Source of the DNA: an uncultured delta proteobacterium
GTDB taxonomy: Bacteria > Desulfobacterota > Binatia > UBA9968
Direction of reading: 5' to 3'
Length of the DNA stretch: 64,000 bases
NCBI GenBank assembly: GCA_963745035.1
Contig: CAVUVW010000017.1
Location: 224,001-288,000 of the forward strand
The notes under the pieces are model-generated. The model had not been told where the DNA came from. It did no database searches and saw only the letters and a list, made by a program, of their open reading frames with translations. Of this stretch, positions 39,430 to 49,778 are shown in pieces (the first letter of the stretch is position 1; each line of letters starts with the position of its first letter). A program made the position numbers and the translations under genes.

Positions 39430-40069
39430 GTGAACGTCAATCATTTCGATCCGCGAAAGACGGCGATGTTATTCTTCGATATCCTGAACGGGTACGTCCC
39501 CGAAGCCGAACCGGGCAAGCCGCGGGCGTTGAAGCCGTGGATTCAAAACGCCGTCCGCCTCTGCAAGGCGGCGCGTGCCGCGCGATTGCCGGTCTTCTTC
39601 GCCAAGGGAAACCACCGCCCGGACAACGCGACCAACGGCATTGTTGCTGACCGATACCAACAACTCACTCACGCCCTGGCCGAACGGCGAAGTGACGAAA
39701 ACAAAAATGCACGTCATCGCCGGCGACAAAAGCTCCGACGTGCTCGCCGAGCTGGAGCCGCAAGAGGACGACTATTATATCGTCAAGTACCGCTGGAGCG
39801 CGTTTCATCAGACTTACCTCGATCTCGCGCTGCGCACGCGCGGCATCGACACGGTTATTATCTCCGGAGGATCCACCGATGTCGGCGTGACTTCGACTTT
39901 GTATTCGGGTCGGGACTTGGACTATAACATGATCGTCGCGAGCGACGCCTGCGGCACATCGCACGATCAGCGCGCCCATGACATGCTGATGGAGCTCGTC
40001 TTCCCGCGCATGTCGCGCGTGCGCACGACGGATCAGGTGATCGCAATGCTCCAAAAGGCACGGTCATAA
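39430..40069 (+). CDS. Isochorismatase/cysteine hydrolase family, +1 frameshift at ~39636
   Basis: KTAMLFFDILN; KYRWSAF; GGSTDVGV. Confidence 0.85.
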
Positions 40070-40093
40070 AACTTATCGAAGAGAACCTTATTT

Positions 40094-40218
40094 GAGGCCG
40101 TTCAAAAAGGTTTAGTTGCGAGGCGCGCGACGGTCGACGAGCGGAGGCGTACAACAACAGTACGTTGGAGCGAGGCGAACGAGCGCAACGAAGCAAATGA
40201 GCCTTTTTCAACGGCCTC
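40094..40218. mobile_element. 125-bp MITE-like element
   Basis: 17-bp terminal IR gaggccgttcaaaaagg / cctttttcaacggcctc (1 mismatch), no coding capacity. Confidence 0.7.
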
Positions 40219-40233
40219 GCAAAGGAGATAAAC

Positions 40234-41370
40234 ATGGCAACGAATGGCACCGCGCCAGTCGGCGTCAGCAAGAACATCAACCAGATCGGCCGCACGGATC
40301 TTCCCGGAGGCGGTTCCGTAGTTGTCGAGAACGGCTACGCCTACGTCGGCCACATCGACCCGCCGCACGGAACTTCGATCCTGGACGTGCGCGATCCGAA
40401 ACATCCCAAGCTCGTCGCCCAGCTTGAGGTGCCGGAAGGCATCCATTCGCACAAAGTACGCGTCAGCGGTGATTTGATGTTGATCAACTACGAGCGCTAC
40501 AAGACCAAAAAAGAGCCCGACGCCGGCCTCAAGATCTTCGATATTTCGAATCGCTCCAAGCCGCGCGAGATCGCCTTTTTCAAGGCCCCGGGCAAAGGTC
40601 TGCACCGCTTCACCTTCGACGGGCGCTACGCTTACCTGTCTCCTACGATGGAGGGCTACGTCGGCAACATCGCCATGATCCTCGACCTAAAAAATCCGGA
40701 AAAGCCGGAGGAAGTCTGCCGCTGGTGGATGCCCGGACAATGGACGGCCGGCGGCGAGACGCCGACTTGGCACGGCACCGACACTCGCTGCCACCATCCG
40801 ATCCGGCGGGGTGATCGACTCTACATCAGCTACTGGCACGGCGGCTTCGCCATCGTCGATATTTCGGACATGGGCAAACCCAAGACCGTGAGCACGCTCG
40901 ACTATAGTCCACCCTATCCTTGTCCCACCCACACCACTCTGCCGATGCTTAATAAAATTATGGATCGCGACTGGTTGATCGTCACGGATGAAGAAGTCGG
41001 CGAGAAGCTCAACGATACGCATAACGCGTTTCTGTGGGTCGTCGATATTACCAAAGAAGAGCTGCCGCTTCCCGTTGCGACGTACATCGTGCCGTTCGAA
41101 GGCAAATCGACCGGCCGCAACCGCTTCGGCGCCCATCAACCCGCCGAGCAGGTTTACGGCAACACGCTTTACATCACTTGGTTCGGCGGCGGCCTGCGGG
41201 CCGTGGACTTTTCCAACCCCTACATGCCCAAAGAAGTCGGCTACTACATCCCGCAACCCGGCAGAGGATACGACGTGGTCATGAGCAACGACGTCTTCCA
41301 TGACAAGGACGGCAAGCTCTACCTGATCGATCGATATGAAGGGTTGGAGATACTCGAGCCGGATCTATAG
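40234..41370 (+). CDS. LVIVD repeat (beta-propeller) protein
   Basis: Repeated ILDVRDPKHP, IFDISNRSKP, ILDLKNPEKP, IVDISDMGKP. Confidence 0.88.
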   Translation: MATNGTAPVGVSKNINQIGRTDLPGGGSVVVENGYAYVGHIDPPHGTSILDVRDPKHPKLVAQLEVPEGIHSHKVRVSGDLMLINYERYKTKKEPDAGLKIFDISNRSKPREIAFFKAPGKGLHRFTFDGRYAYLSPTMEGYVGNIAMILDLKNPEKPEEVCRWWMPGQWTAGGETPTWHGTDTRCHHPIRRGDRLYISYWHGGFAIVDISDMGKPKTVSTLDYSPPYPCPTHTTLPMLNKIMDRDWLIVTDEEVGEKLNDTHNAFLWVVDITKEELPLPVATYIVPFEGKSTGRNRFGAHQPAEQVYGNTLYITWFGGGLRAVDFSNPYMPKEVGYYIPQPGRGYDVVMSNDVFHDKDGKLYLIDRYEGLEILEPDL

Positions 41371-41371
41371 G

Positions 41372-41496
41372 ATTCAAATAGTTCAAAGCGTTCAAATCGC
41401 TCAACCCCCACCTCTGTCCTCCCCCGCGACGCGGGGGAGGATGAAGGAGAGGGCTTGAACGGAGCGCAGCGGTTAAACGGCTTGAACGTTTTGAAC
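41372..41496. repeat. 9-nt GTTCAA/TTGAAC inverted element with a nested GC-rich hairpin
   Basis: ttcaa-type arm x4; tcctcccccgc/gcgggggagga core; ttgaac arm. Confidence 0.88.
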
Positions 41497-41506
41497 GTCA
41501 ACTTTG

Positions 41507-42098
41507 ATGAAGCTATTTAACGTCGCCTACTCCGGCAACTCCTACAAAGTCCGCCTGCTGCTCGTCGCATCTCGGCATCCCTTATGAAATTATCGAAGTC
41601 GATATCCTGAAAGGCGAAAGCCGCACGTCCGAATTTCTCAAGATCAACCCCAACGGCCGCACGCCGGTGCTCGACGACAACGGATTTGTCCTGGCCGAAT
41701 CCAACGCCATCCTCGCCTACCTCGCCCGAGGCACGAAATATCTGCCCGAAGACCGCAAAAAGTTCGCGCTGGTCTTCCAGTGGATGTTCTTCGAGCAATA
41801 CAGCCACGAACCGTTCATCGCGACATCACGCTTCTGGTTGCAGCACAAGCCGGACTCGCCGGAAAGGACCGCCGCGCTCGCCGCCAGGCGGGATGGCGGC
41901 TGGGCCGCCCTCAAGATTATGGAAGAACATTTAGCGAGGAACGATTTTTTCGTCGCCGATTACAGCATCGCCGATATAGCTCTTTTCGCTTACACCCATG
42001 TCGCTCACGAAGGCGGCTTTCCACTGGATGATTTTCCGAAGATCAGAGGTTGGATCGAACGAGTGAGGGCTCAACCGCGGTTTGCGCCGATGCTATGA
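41507..42098 (+). CDS. Glutathione S-transferase, +1 frameshift at ~41564
   Basis: [11 protein letters not shown]; NPNGRTPVL; ESNAIL; SIADI. Confidence 0.9.
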
Positions 42099-43038
42099 AG
42101 CATGGTGCGCGTGCGCACCAGCCGCGGGTCTCAGATTCGCGTCCTCTCTGATCTCCTCCAACTCCTCCAAGCTTCGCGGCCAATCGTCCTTCAACAACCG
42201 CGACAAGCTCCGATCCGCCAAAAGCTTTCCGCCAGTCTGACACTTCGCGCAGTAATTGGTTTCGTTTTCGGCATGGACAATGCGCTGCACCGGCGCGCCG
42301 CATACCGGACAGGGTTTGCCGAACTTGCCGTGCACGGCCATGTCGGGGCGAAAGGCGGTGACTTTTTCCGGGAAGCCTCCTCTTCTCTCCTTGCGCAAAC
42401 GCTCGACCCAGTCGTTCAGCGAATCCCTAATTGCGTAAAAGAGCCGCTCGATTTCCTCGCCGGTCATCTGTTTGGTCAATCGAATCGGCGAAAGCCGTGC
42501 GCGATGGAGAATTTCGTCCGAGTAGGCGTTGCCGATGCCGCTGAACACATGCGGGTCGGTGAGTGACCTTTTCAGGGTGTGATTCTCCCGCGTGAGTGCC
42601 GCGTGGAATTCATCGAGGCTGGCCTCAAACACTTCCAGACCGCCGGGATCATGAGCCTGCAACGCGTCCTCACCCTGAACCAGATGAATCGACGCGCGCT
42701 TTTTGGTTCCGGCCTCAGTCAAGAGCAATGTGCCGTCGGAGAAAATCGAATGCCGCCTGGCCGTACTTGCGCGCGATCTTCGCGCCCTTCGGTTTCCAAT
42801 GAAACCGCCCGGCGATCATCAGATGAACGATCAGAAAAAGTTTTCCTTCCAATTCGAACACGATGCGCTTGCCGAGCCGGCGCAATCTCAAAACTTTCTT
42901 CCCTTCCGCCGAGCTGATGGGTGGATCGAACGATCGCAAGACGAACGGGCTGCCGATGCGGATTTTTTGAATCGGCTGATCCAGCACGCGCTCGGCGAGC
43001 GCTTCGATGTATACCGTTACGTCGGGGTACTCAGGCAT
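42093..43038 (-). CDS. Fpg/Nei family DNA glycosylase, +1 frameshift at ~42741
   Basis: N-terminal [23 protein letters not shown]4 zinc finger CPVC..CAKCQ. Confidence 0.9.
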
Positions 43039-43050
43039 GATCAGGTCGAC

Positions 43051-43078
43051 GATCGAGAATGGAGGATCGAGGATCGGA
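43051..43078. repeat. 7-nt GAGGATC array
   Basis: gatcgag aatggag gatcgag gatcgga. Confidence 0.7.
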
Positions 43079-43172
43079 GCTCCGCTTCAATCTTGGATTT
43101 CGCTGCGCCTACATCCGGGCTACTGATCAGTATTAATCGAACGAGCACCCGAACTTGTCCTTACAGTCGGCG

Positions 43173-43205
43173 TGGAACAACTGAAACGATTGGAACGTAT
43201 GGAAC
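43173..43205. repeat. 9-nt TGGAAC array
   Basis: tggaac/tgaaac at 43173, 43182, 43191, 43200. Confidence 0.8.
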
Positions 43206-43208
43206 CTT

Positions 43209-44630
43209 CTACAGTAACCCTCCGTTCTCCCTCAGCGTGAGAAATTCCTTGGCCTGCATCGGAAAGAGCACGCCGAGAAGAAGATCTTCATCGTTCTTCG
43301 CCAAGGGGCCGAGATCTTTGATCGCCTTGTCCCAGTCGCCGGGATCGGCCATCTCGCCGGAGCGCTGCGAGTAATCCGGCTCCTTGTCCTTCATGATCTT
43401 TTTGACCAAGTCTTTGTTCACTTCTCCCGGCGGCCGTCCATATTTTCCCTTGATGTAATCGCTGGTCTCGCGGCTGACGATCTTGTAGCGCTCTCCGGCC
43501 AACACATTGAGCACGGCCTGGACGCCGACGATCTGGCTCGTCGGCGTGAGCAGCGGCGGATGTCCGAGGTCCTTTTCCACGTTGGGCGTCTCCTTGAGCG
43601 CCGCCTCCATCAAATCCATCCGCTTGGCTTCCTTCAACTGCGCCACCATGTTCGAGATCATGCCGCCGGGCACTTTATGGATGAACACGTCGGCGCTGAC
43701 GCCGGTGTACCCGGTCTCGTACTTTTCGTATTTCTCTTTGATCTGCCGGGTGATCTGCGCCGGCTCCTCCAAAACTTTCACGTCGATGCCGGTATCGAAA
43801 GGCGTGTCCTTCAAAGATGCCACCATGGTCTCGGTCGCCGGGTGCGCCGAACCGAACGAGAGCGGCGACAGCACCGTGTCGATCATGTCGACGCCGGCGA
43901 GGATCGCCATCAGATGACACATGCTGGAGGTCCCGCCCATATCGTGGCAGTGCAGCAGCACCGGCAGCTTCCCCTGCGCCCGGTCTTTGATTCCCTTGAC
44001 GATTCGATAGCAGTCGAACGGCGTCATGATGCCGGTGGCGTCTTTCAACGACAGCCAATCGGCGCCAACCTCCACCAACTGCTCTGCGTACTCCATCCAT
44101 TTTTGCAAGGTGTGCACCGGGCTGACCGTGTAGTTGACTTCGACGTGGGCTTCGCCGCCGAGCTCCCGCACCGCCTTCGTCGCCGACTCGATGTTGCGAA
44201 AATCATTGGTTGCCTCGAAAATACGGAAGACGTTCATGCCGTTGGCGATGGCGCGCTCGACGAATTTGTAGACGATCTTATCGGTGTAGGGCCGGTACGC
44301 GAGAATGTGCTGGCCGCGCAGCAGCATCTGCAACTTCGTCTTCGGCATCACCGCCTTGATGCGCCGCAGCCGCTCCCATGGGTCTTCTTTCAAATAGCGC
44401 ATGCACACGTCGAACGTGGCGCCGCCCCAAACTTCGACCGCATAAAAGCCGCAGTTGTCGATGGAGGCGCACAGCGGCAGTAAATCGTCCGTGGTCACGC
44501 GGGTGGCCAGCTTGCATTGCTGTCCATCGCGCGGCGTGAGATCGGTGATCTTCACACGCCGGCTGCCCACAGGTTCTGTCAGCAGATTGTTCATGTCCGC
44601 GGCAAGTTGATCCAAAATCGCTTCACTCAT
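43209..44630 (-). CDS. Pyruvate/oxaloacetate carboxyltransferase (PycB/OadA/transcarboxylase 5S-like) without a biotinyl domain
   Basis: RDGQQ, EVWGGATFD, EDPWERL, KDATG, HCH, PGGMISN, TPTSQIVG. Confidence 0.9.
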   Translation of the reverse strand: MSEAILDQLAADMNNLLTEPVGSRRVKITDLTPRDGQQCKLATRVTTDDLLPLCASIDNCGFYAVEVWGGATFDVCMRYLKEDPWERLRRIKAVMPKTKLQMLLRGQHILAYRPYTDKIVYKFVERAIANGMNVFRIFEATNDFRNIESATKAVRELGGEAHVEVNYTVSPVHTLQKWMEYAEQLVEVGADWLSLKDATGIMTPFDCYRIVKGIKDRAQGKLPVLLHCHDMGGTSSMCHLMAILAGVDMIDTVLSPLSFGSAHPATETMVASLKDTPFDTGIDVKVLEEPAQITRQIKEKYEKYETGYTGVSADVFIHKVPGGMISNMVAQLKEAKRMDLMEAALKETPNVEKDLGHPPLLTPTSQIVGVQAVLNVLAGERYKIVSRETSDYIKGKYGRPPGEVNKDLVKKIMKDKEPDYSQRSGEMADPGDWDKAIKDLGPLAKNDEDLLLGVLFPMQAKEFLTLRENGGLL

Positions 44631-44741
44631 CGGAATGACTCCTCTTTTCCCGCTCGCATTGGTGGCAACTTCATAGGCTATTTATACTGGATCAGCTAAG
44701 CAGTGAAAGAGCCTGCGCAATCGAATTGTTCCAAGACCATC

Positions 44742-44782
44742 CGAAACACTGGAACCATTGAACCCACTGGAATGTTTAGAAC
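44742..44782. repeat. Degenerate 9-nt TGGAAC array
   Basis: tggaac, tgaacc, tggaat, tagaac at 9-nt spacing. Confidence 0.65.
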
Positions 44783-44839
44783 GACGGCTTCACGTAATTC
44801 ACCTTGCTTTTCCGAACCGATTCTCTTACAAACCCGCAG

Positions 44840-45187
44840 ATGAAGATCGTCAGGCTGTACACCGGCGCCGATAACGAATCGCACTTCGAAGACGTCGATG
44901 TCGAACTGAACGTCGCCGGCCGTGTCCAGGCTTCCGCCCTCCAGCCGACTCATGGAATCGTCTTTCGCTCGGCGCCGCCGAACCATTTGAGCGACTTTCA
45001 TCCGGTGCCCAAGCGCCAGTACGTAATCACGCTTGCCGGCGAGGTGGAGATCGAGACCGGCGACGGCACGATTCGCCGCTTCGGACCGGGCGACGTGATG
45101 CTTGCCGAAGACACCACCGGGCGGGGCCATATTACGCGGGTGATCGGCGGCCAGCCGCGCCATTACGTGTTCATTCCATTAAAGTAG
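44840..45187 (+). CDS. Small cupin-like protein
   Basis: GADNESHFED, HPVPKRQY, EDTTGRGH. Confidence 0.82.
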   Translation: MKIVRLYTGADNESHFEDVDVELNVAGRVQASALQPTHGIVFRSAPPNHLSDFHPVPKRQYVITLAGEVEIETGDGTIRRFGPGDVMLAEDTTGRGHITRVIGGQPRHYVFIPLK

Positions 45188-45205
45188 GACATCCTCATCA
45201 GCCCA

Positions 45206-46378
45206 TTGAGACCATCCACGTCCGCTGAGCGCGACCGCGCCTCGGTCTTCATCGTTCCGTGCGCGAACTTCATGCCGTCCATGATGGTGGCGACGCTAGG
45301 GATCGCGCTGCCCGAGATCCGCGGCACGTTTTCCCTTTCCGAAATCGCCGGGGGAAGCCTCTTCTCGGTAATGATGACCATCGCCGCTCTCACGAGCGGC
45401 GTCGCCGGCCGCCTCGCGGACGGTATCGGCCGGAAAACCGTTCTGATTACCGGGTTGAGCCTCTTGTCGGCGGGATTCACGCTCGCGAGTTTCAGCCATG
45501 ATGACATTTTGTTTTTTTGCTTTCTCGGCGTGACGGGAATCGGCTACGGCTTCACGGCGCCGTCGCTTTATGCGCTGATGTCCGATCTACTGCCGCATCG
45601 GCGCGGCCTGGGCACCAGCCTGATATCGGTCACCTATGGCACCGGAGGCGCCGTCGGCGCCGTGCTGTCGAGCCGGCTCGTCGCATCTTTCGGATGGCGC
45701 TCGGCCTTTCTCACCGTTGGAGTGATCGCCGCCACCATCATGCTGCTTCAGCTTTACTGGGTTCGCGATCGGCACCGGACGCGTATGGCCAAGCGCTCGG
45801 GCTCGGTCAGATCCGCGCTTTCGACATCGATCGCCATTCTCGCGGTCGCGGAGTTCATCGGCGGATCGGTATTCTGGAGTTGCGCCGCTTGGACGCCCAC
45901 CGCGCTGCGCGCGGCCAAGGCCCTTACCCTGCAGGAAACCGGCTGGATTATGGGCGTCTTGAGCATAGCCAATATGATCGGATCATTTGGCCTCGGAATT
46001 TTATCCGACAAATTCGGCCGCAAACGGGTCATCGTCCTGAGCGCCCTTCCCGCCGCAGCCGCAGCCTTCGTCGTGTTCCATTGGCTGGACTCAGCGATCG
46101 CCCTCGCGGCGGGAATATTCGTTTTCGGAGTTCTCAAGGCGTCGGTGCCGGCGCTGGTCGTCGCTCTCGCGCAAGAGACCGCGCCGGCAGGCAACGCCGG
46201 CACCGCCGCGGGCATGATCATGTCACTTCACTATACCGCCGGCGTTTTGGCGCCGCTGCTCTCTGCCCAACTGATTACCGGCACCGGCGATATTCTGGTC
46301 GCGATGATCCTGGTTTCCTCGCTCCCGCTGGTCTTGTACGGAGCGTTGATCGGTGCGGTGCGCGAGCCCGGCCGCTAG
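45206..46378 (+). CDS. MFS transporter
   Basis: GRLADGIGRK and LSDKFGRK motif A, about 12 TM helices. Confidence 0.9.
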   Translation: MRPSTSAERDRASVFIVPCANFMPSMMVATLGIALPEIRGTFSLSEIAGGSLFSVMMTIAALTSGVAGRLADGIGRKTVLITGLSLLSAGFTLASFSHDDILFFCFLGVTGIGYGFTAPSLYALMSDLLPHRRGLGTSLISVTYGTGGAVGAVLSSRLVASFGWRSAFLTVGVIAATIMLLQLYWVRDRHRTRMAKRSGSVRSALSTSIAILAVAEFIGGSVFWSCAAWTPTALRAAKALTLQETGWIMGVLSIANMIGSFGLGILSDKFGRKRVIVLSALPAAAAAFVVFHWLDSAIALAAGIFVFGVLKASVPALVVALAQETAPAGNAGTAAGMIMSLHYTAGVLAPLLSAQLITGTGDILVAMILVSSLPLVLYGALIGAVREPGR

Positions 46379-46405
46379 CATCGTTTGCCGCAATGGTGCG
46401 TAAGC

Positions 46406-47248
46406 CTACAGGCCGAGAATGCGCTCGGCGTTTCGATGATAAATCTTTTCCATCAGGTCGTCGGAATAAGCCAGCTCCCGCCATTCCCTGAAGATGCGCT
46501 CGTACGGAATGCTCGGATAGTCGCTGCCGAACATGATCTTGTCCTGCAAGCGGGCCTTGATATCGCGCTTTAGAGCATCCGGGAAATATTTCGGCGCCCA
46601 GCCGGACAGCTCCCACGAAACATTGCCCTTGTGCAGCGCGACGGCGAGCATCTCCTCGGTCCATGGCCATCCCGGGTGCGCGGCAACAATATTCAGATCG
46701 GGAAAATCGGCGGCCAGCCGATCGATCGCCGCCGGATGCGCGTGGCGGATCACGGCTCCCAGCCCGCCGGGCATGCCCGCGCCCATTCCCGTCGTGCCGA
46801 CGTCGATCATCACGGGAACTTTGAGCGCGTCGATCGCCTCCCAAAGCGGATACAATCTGCGCTCATCGACCGAATAGTGGCCCATGATCGGGTGGAAATG
46901 AAAGCCGAAAAGCTTATGCTTTTCGACCGCCTGCCGGGCATCTTCGATGGCGCGATCGCCTTTCAACGGATCTACCGCGCCCCACGCTTGGCGGATCACG
47001 CCGGGATGAGCGTCGCGCATTGCGGCGACGTATTCGTTGGTGCAAGGCGGCGACCCGGTGACCGATTCGATGTCGAAGGCGACGAGCAGCGCCTCGACGC
47101 CGGCTTGCTTGAACTCCTCGATGACCTCGGCTTCGCTCTTCCATGTCCAGGTTCGTTTCCAATACTTCGCCAGGGCCTCGACGTACGGCCCCTGCGACCG
47201 GATCCACGGCTCGGTGTTCGGATAACAATGTAAATCGACGATCCGCAT
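46406..47248 (-). CDS. Amidohydrolase family 2 (TIM-barrel)
   Basis: DLHCY, FHP, AHPGWPW, MFGSDYP. Confidence 0.88.
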   Translation of the reverse strand: MRIVDLHCYPNTEPWIRSQGPYVEALAKYWKRTWTWKSEAEVIEEFKQAGVEALLVAFDIESVTGSPPCTNEYVAAMRDAHPGVIRQAWGAVDPLKGDRAIEDARQAVEKHKLFGFHFHPIMGHYSVDERRLYPLWEAIDALKVPVMIDVGTTGMGAGMPGGLGAVIRHAHPAAIDRLAADFPDLNIVAAHPGWPWTEEMLAVALHKGNVSWELSGWAPKYFPDALKRDIKARLQDKIMFGSDYPSIPYERIFREWRELAYSDDLMEKIYHRNAERILGL

Positions 47249-47467
47249 GCGTCCCTTTTCGGCGAGCGAGAATAACTTTGGTTGCTCTGAGCTGTCAAGG
47301 AGATGAAGCCGGTCGGTCGCGGTTCGATCGGAATACACCGCGTCGCTGGTTACATCCCCGGGTTACCCGGGCATTCGGTTTCTCTTATTGACCTCAAGCG
47401 CAAATCCGATTATGGCTCTAGCATCGAGTGGATTGTCTTGAAACCTGGTATCACCAAAGGAGTGCTT

Positions 47468-48544
47468 ATGCGGCCGCTTCCATCCAAACACGCGCTCAGC
47501 CTCTTCGTTTTTCTGGTTCCGGCGATGTTGGCTGCGCTTGGTATCGATCCGGCGTTTTCACAGACGCCATTCTATCAAGGAAAAACCATTACGCTCATCA
47601 TTGGCGCCGGTCCGGGCGGTATGGGCGATTTACGCGCCAAGGCCTTGGCGTCGGTCCTCGCCAAACACATTCCCGGAAATCCGGCGATCACTTTTCAATA
47701 TATGGCGGGCGCCGGCGGTCGAAAGGCGGCCAATCATCTTTACAACAGCGCCCGCGCCGACGGTCTCACTTTGTTCCGCATTTCCAGCAGCATCGTGTCC
47801 TACGCCGTGCTCGGCGAATCCGGCGTGCAGTACGATATCGACAAAATGATTTACCTCGGCACTACCGAGCACCAGCTCTATTACGTCTTTATCACTCGCG
47901 CAGCGCTGGGCCACGACAGCCTGACAAAGCTGCGTGCAGCCGGCGGTTTGCGCATCGGCAGCGCTCCCGTTGGGCATACCGGGTACCTCCACAGCCGTAT
48001 GATCGCCTATTTTCTCAACCTAAAGGATTCACGGATAATTCCGGGGTATGAAAATGAAGACCTCGATGTCGCCTTCGAGCGTAGCGAGGTCGATGCCCAG
48101 GTCGCGTCGATGGGAACAGTCTTTCAGCACGACTTCCTCAAAAACAAGACCGCACATTTTCACGCAGGCATCGAATATCCACGGAACTGGAAAGACCCGC
48201 GCTTTGCCCAGCTCAATCTGCCTGATCTCGAAAGCTTTGCGAAAACGGAAGGGGAAAGAAAACTTCTGGGCATGATGCGAAACTTCCGATCCGTGGGTAC
48301 GGCATTGCTGTTCCCTCCGGGAGTTCCGAAGGATCGGGTGGATATTCTGAAGGAAGCCGTGCGTAAGACCCACACGGATCCGGCGTTCATCGCCGAGTAC
48401 CGCAAGCTAACAAGCGGCGATGAACCGACTCCGCTCATGCCGGACGAACAAGCGAAAGTGGTGAAAGACATCCCGCGAGACGCGGAGACCATCGAGCTGT
48501 TCAAGAAATTTTCCGGGACTGGCCCTTTGCCGCCGCGCCAGTAA
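47468..48544 (+). CDS. Tripartite tricarboxylate transporter (Bug/TctC-like) substrate-binding protein
   Basis: FYQGKTITLII, KHIPGNP, GAGGRKAAN, ADGLT. Confidence 0.88.
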   Translation: MRPLPSKHALSLFVFLVPAMLAALGIDPAFSQTPFYQGKTITLIIGAGPGGMGDLRAKALASVLAKHIPGNPAITFQYMAGAGGRKAANHLYNSARADGLTLFRISSSIVSYAVLGESGVQYDIDKMIYLGTTEHQLYYVFITRAALGHDSLTKLRAAGGLRIGSAPVGHTGYLHSRMIAYFLNLKDSRIIPGYENEDLDVAFERSEVDAQVASMGTVFQHDFLKNKTAHFHAGIEYPRNWKDPRFAQLNLPDLESFAKTEGERKLLGMMRNFRSVGTALLFPPGVPKDRVDILKEAVRKTHTDPAFIAEYRKLTSGDEPTPLMPDEQAKVVKDIPRDAETIELFKKFSGTGPLPPRQ

Positions 48545-48643
48545 AAATTATTGTCGAAGGAAGGACTGGACAGCGGCGAGAAATTCCCGCAAATCAACCG
48601 CCGAAATAAGAAATATTCTGCAAGAAGCGCGGCTTTAATCACG

Positions 48644-49717
48644 TCATTTCGGAAACACTTTGAGCTTCTCCTCCGGCAGCCGCACATAAACAGCGCGGCC
48701 AGCCTCCAGCTGCCGGTCCACACCCGCCGTCTTGGCGCGCACTTTTTGGCCGGCCGCGGCCAAGTGATACAGCGTGATGTCGCCAAGAAACAACCGGGAA
48801 ACGAGCTCCGCGGGGAATTCGTTCTGCTGCCCACTGGGCTCCGGTGAAAGCGAGACATCCTCGGGTCGGATCGCGACAAGGACTTCTTTGGACGCGCCGT
48901 TCGGCGGCGCGCAAAGCACGACTCCCAAAGCGATCGTAATAGAGTGGTCGTCTCGAATCACCCCGCTGAATTCATTCATCGAACCTAAAAACTCGCCGAC
49001 GCTCCGGCTATCGGGCGCATGGTAGAGCTCTTCGGCGCCGCCGATCTGCAAAATCTTTCCGCCGCTCATAACGGCGATGCGATCGGCCAGCGCCATCGCC
49101 TCCACCTGATCGTGGGTCACGTAGAGCACCGTGATGCCAAGCTTCTTGGCCAAGCTGCGGATCTCGTCGCGGACTTCTTCTCTCAAGCGCGCATCGAGAT
49201 TGCTGAGCGGCTCGTCCATGAGCAAAACTTTCGGCTCACCCGCCAGTGCCCGCGCCAAGGCGACTCGCTGTTGTTGCCCGCCGCTCAAGAAAGGCACGGG
49301 ACGATCGGCGAACGACGAAAGCTGGACCAATCCCAGCGCGTTCATCACGCGATCTCTCACGGCTTCTCGCGGCATGCGCCGCTTCCCGTTTTTTAGAGGA
49401 AATGCGACATTGTCAAAAACCGACATGTGCGGCCACACGGCATAAGACTGAAAGACCATGCCGACGGCTCGATCTTCCGGAGGAACGAAGATACCGCGCT
49501 CCGGCGCGCTGACGATCTTTTCCCCGAGCTTGATTTCGCCGGCCTCCGCTTTTTCCAGCCCAGCCACACAGCGCAGCAAAGTCGTTTTGCCGGAACCGCT
49601 CAGCCCGAGGAGAACGAAAAACTCTTGCTCGTTGACACGCAGATCGACGGCGTTGACCGCGCGCACTGTCTCGCCGCCGGTTTTGAAAATTTTTGTAAGG
49701 GAACGAATTTCGATCAT
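48644..49717 (-). CDS. ABC transporter ATP-binding protein
   Basis: GLSGSGKT, LSGGQQQ, MDEPLSNLD. Confidence 0.95.
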   Translation of the reverse strand: MIEIRSLTKIFKTGGETVRAVNAVDLRVNEQEFFVLLGLSGSGKTTLLRCVAGLEKAEAGEIKLGEKIVSAPERGIFVPPEDRAVGMVFQSYAVWPHMSVFDNVAFPLKNGKRRMPREAVRDRVMNALGLVQLSSFADRPVPFLSGGQQQRVALARALAGEPKVLLMDEPLSNLDARLREEVRDEIRSLAKKLGITVLYVTHDQVEAMALADRIAVMSGGKILQIGGAEELYHAPDSRSVGEFLGSMNEFSGVIRDDHSITIALGVVLCAPPNGASKEVLVAIRPEDVSLSPEPSGQQNEFPAELVSRLFLGDITLYHLAAAGQKVRAKTAGVDRQLEAGRAVYVRLPEEKLKVFPK

Positions 49718-49778
49718 ATTGATTTATGCCGGCGCATCGGCCAGCGGGCCTCGCTTTGCCCGCTGCGTTTCCCGCTAT

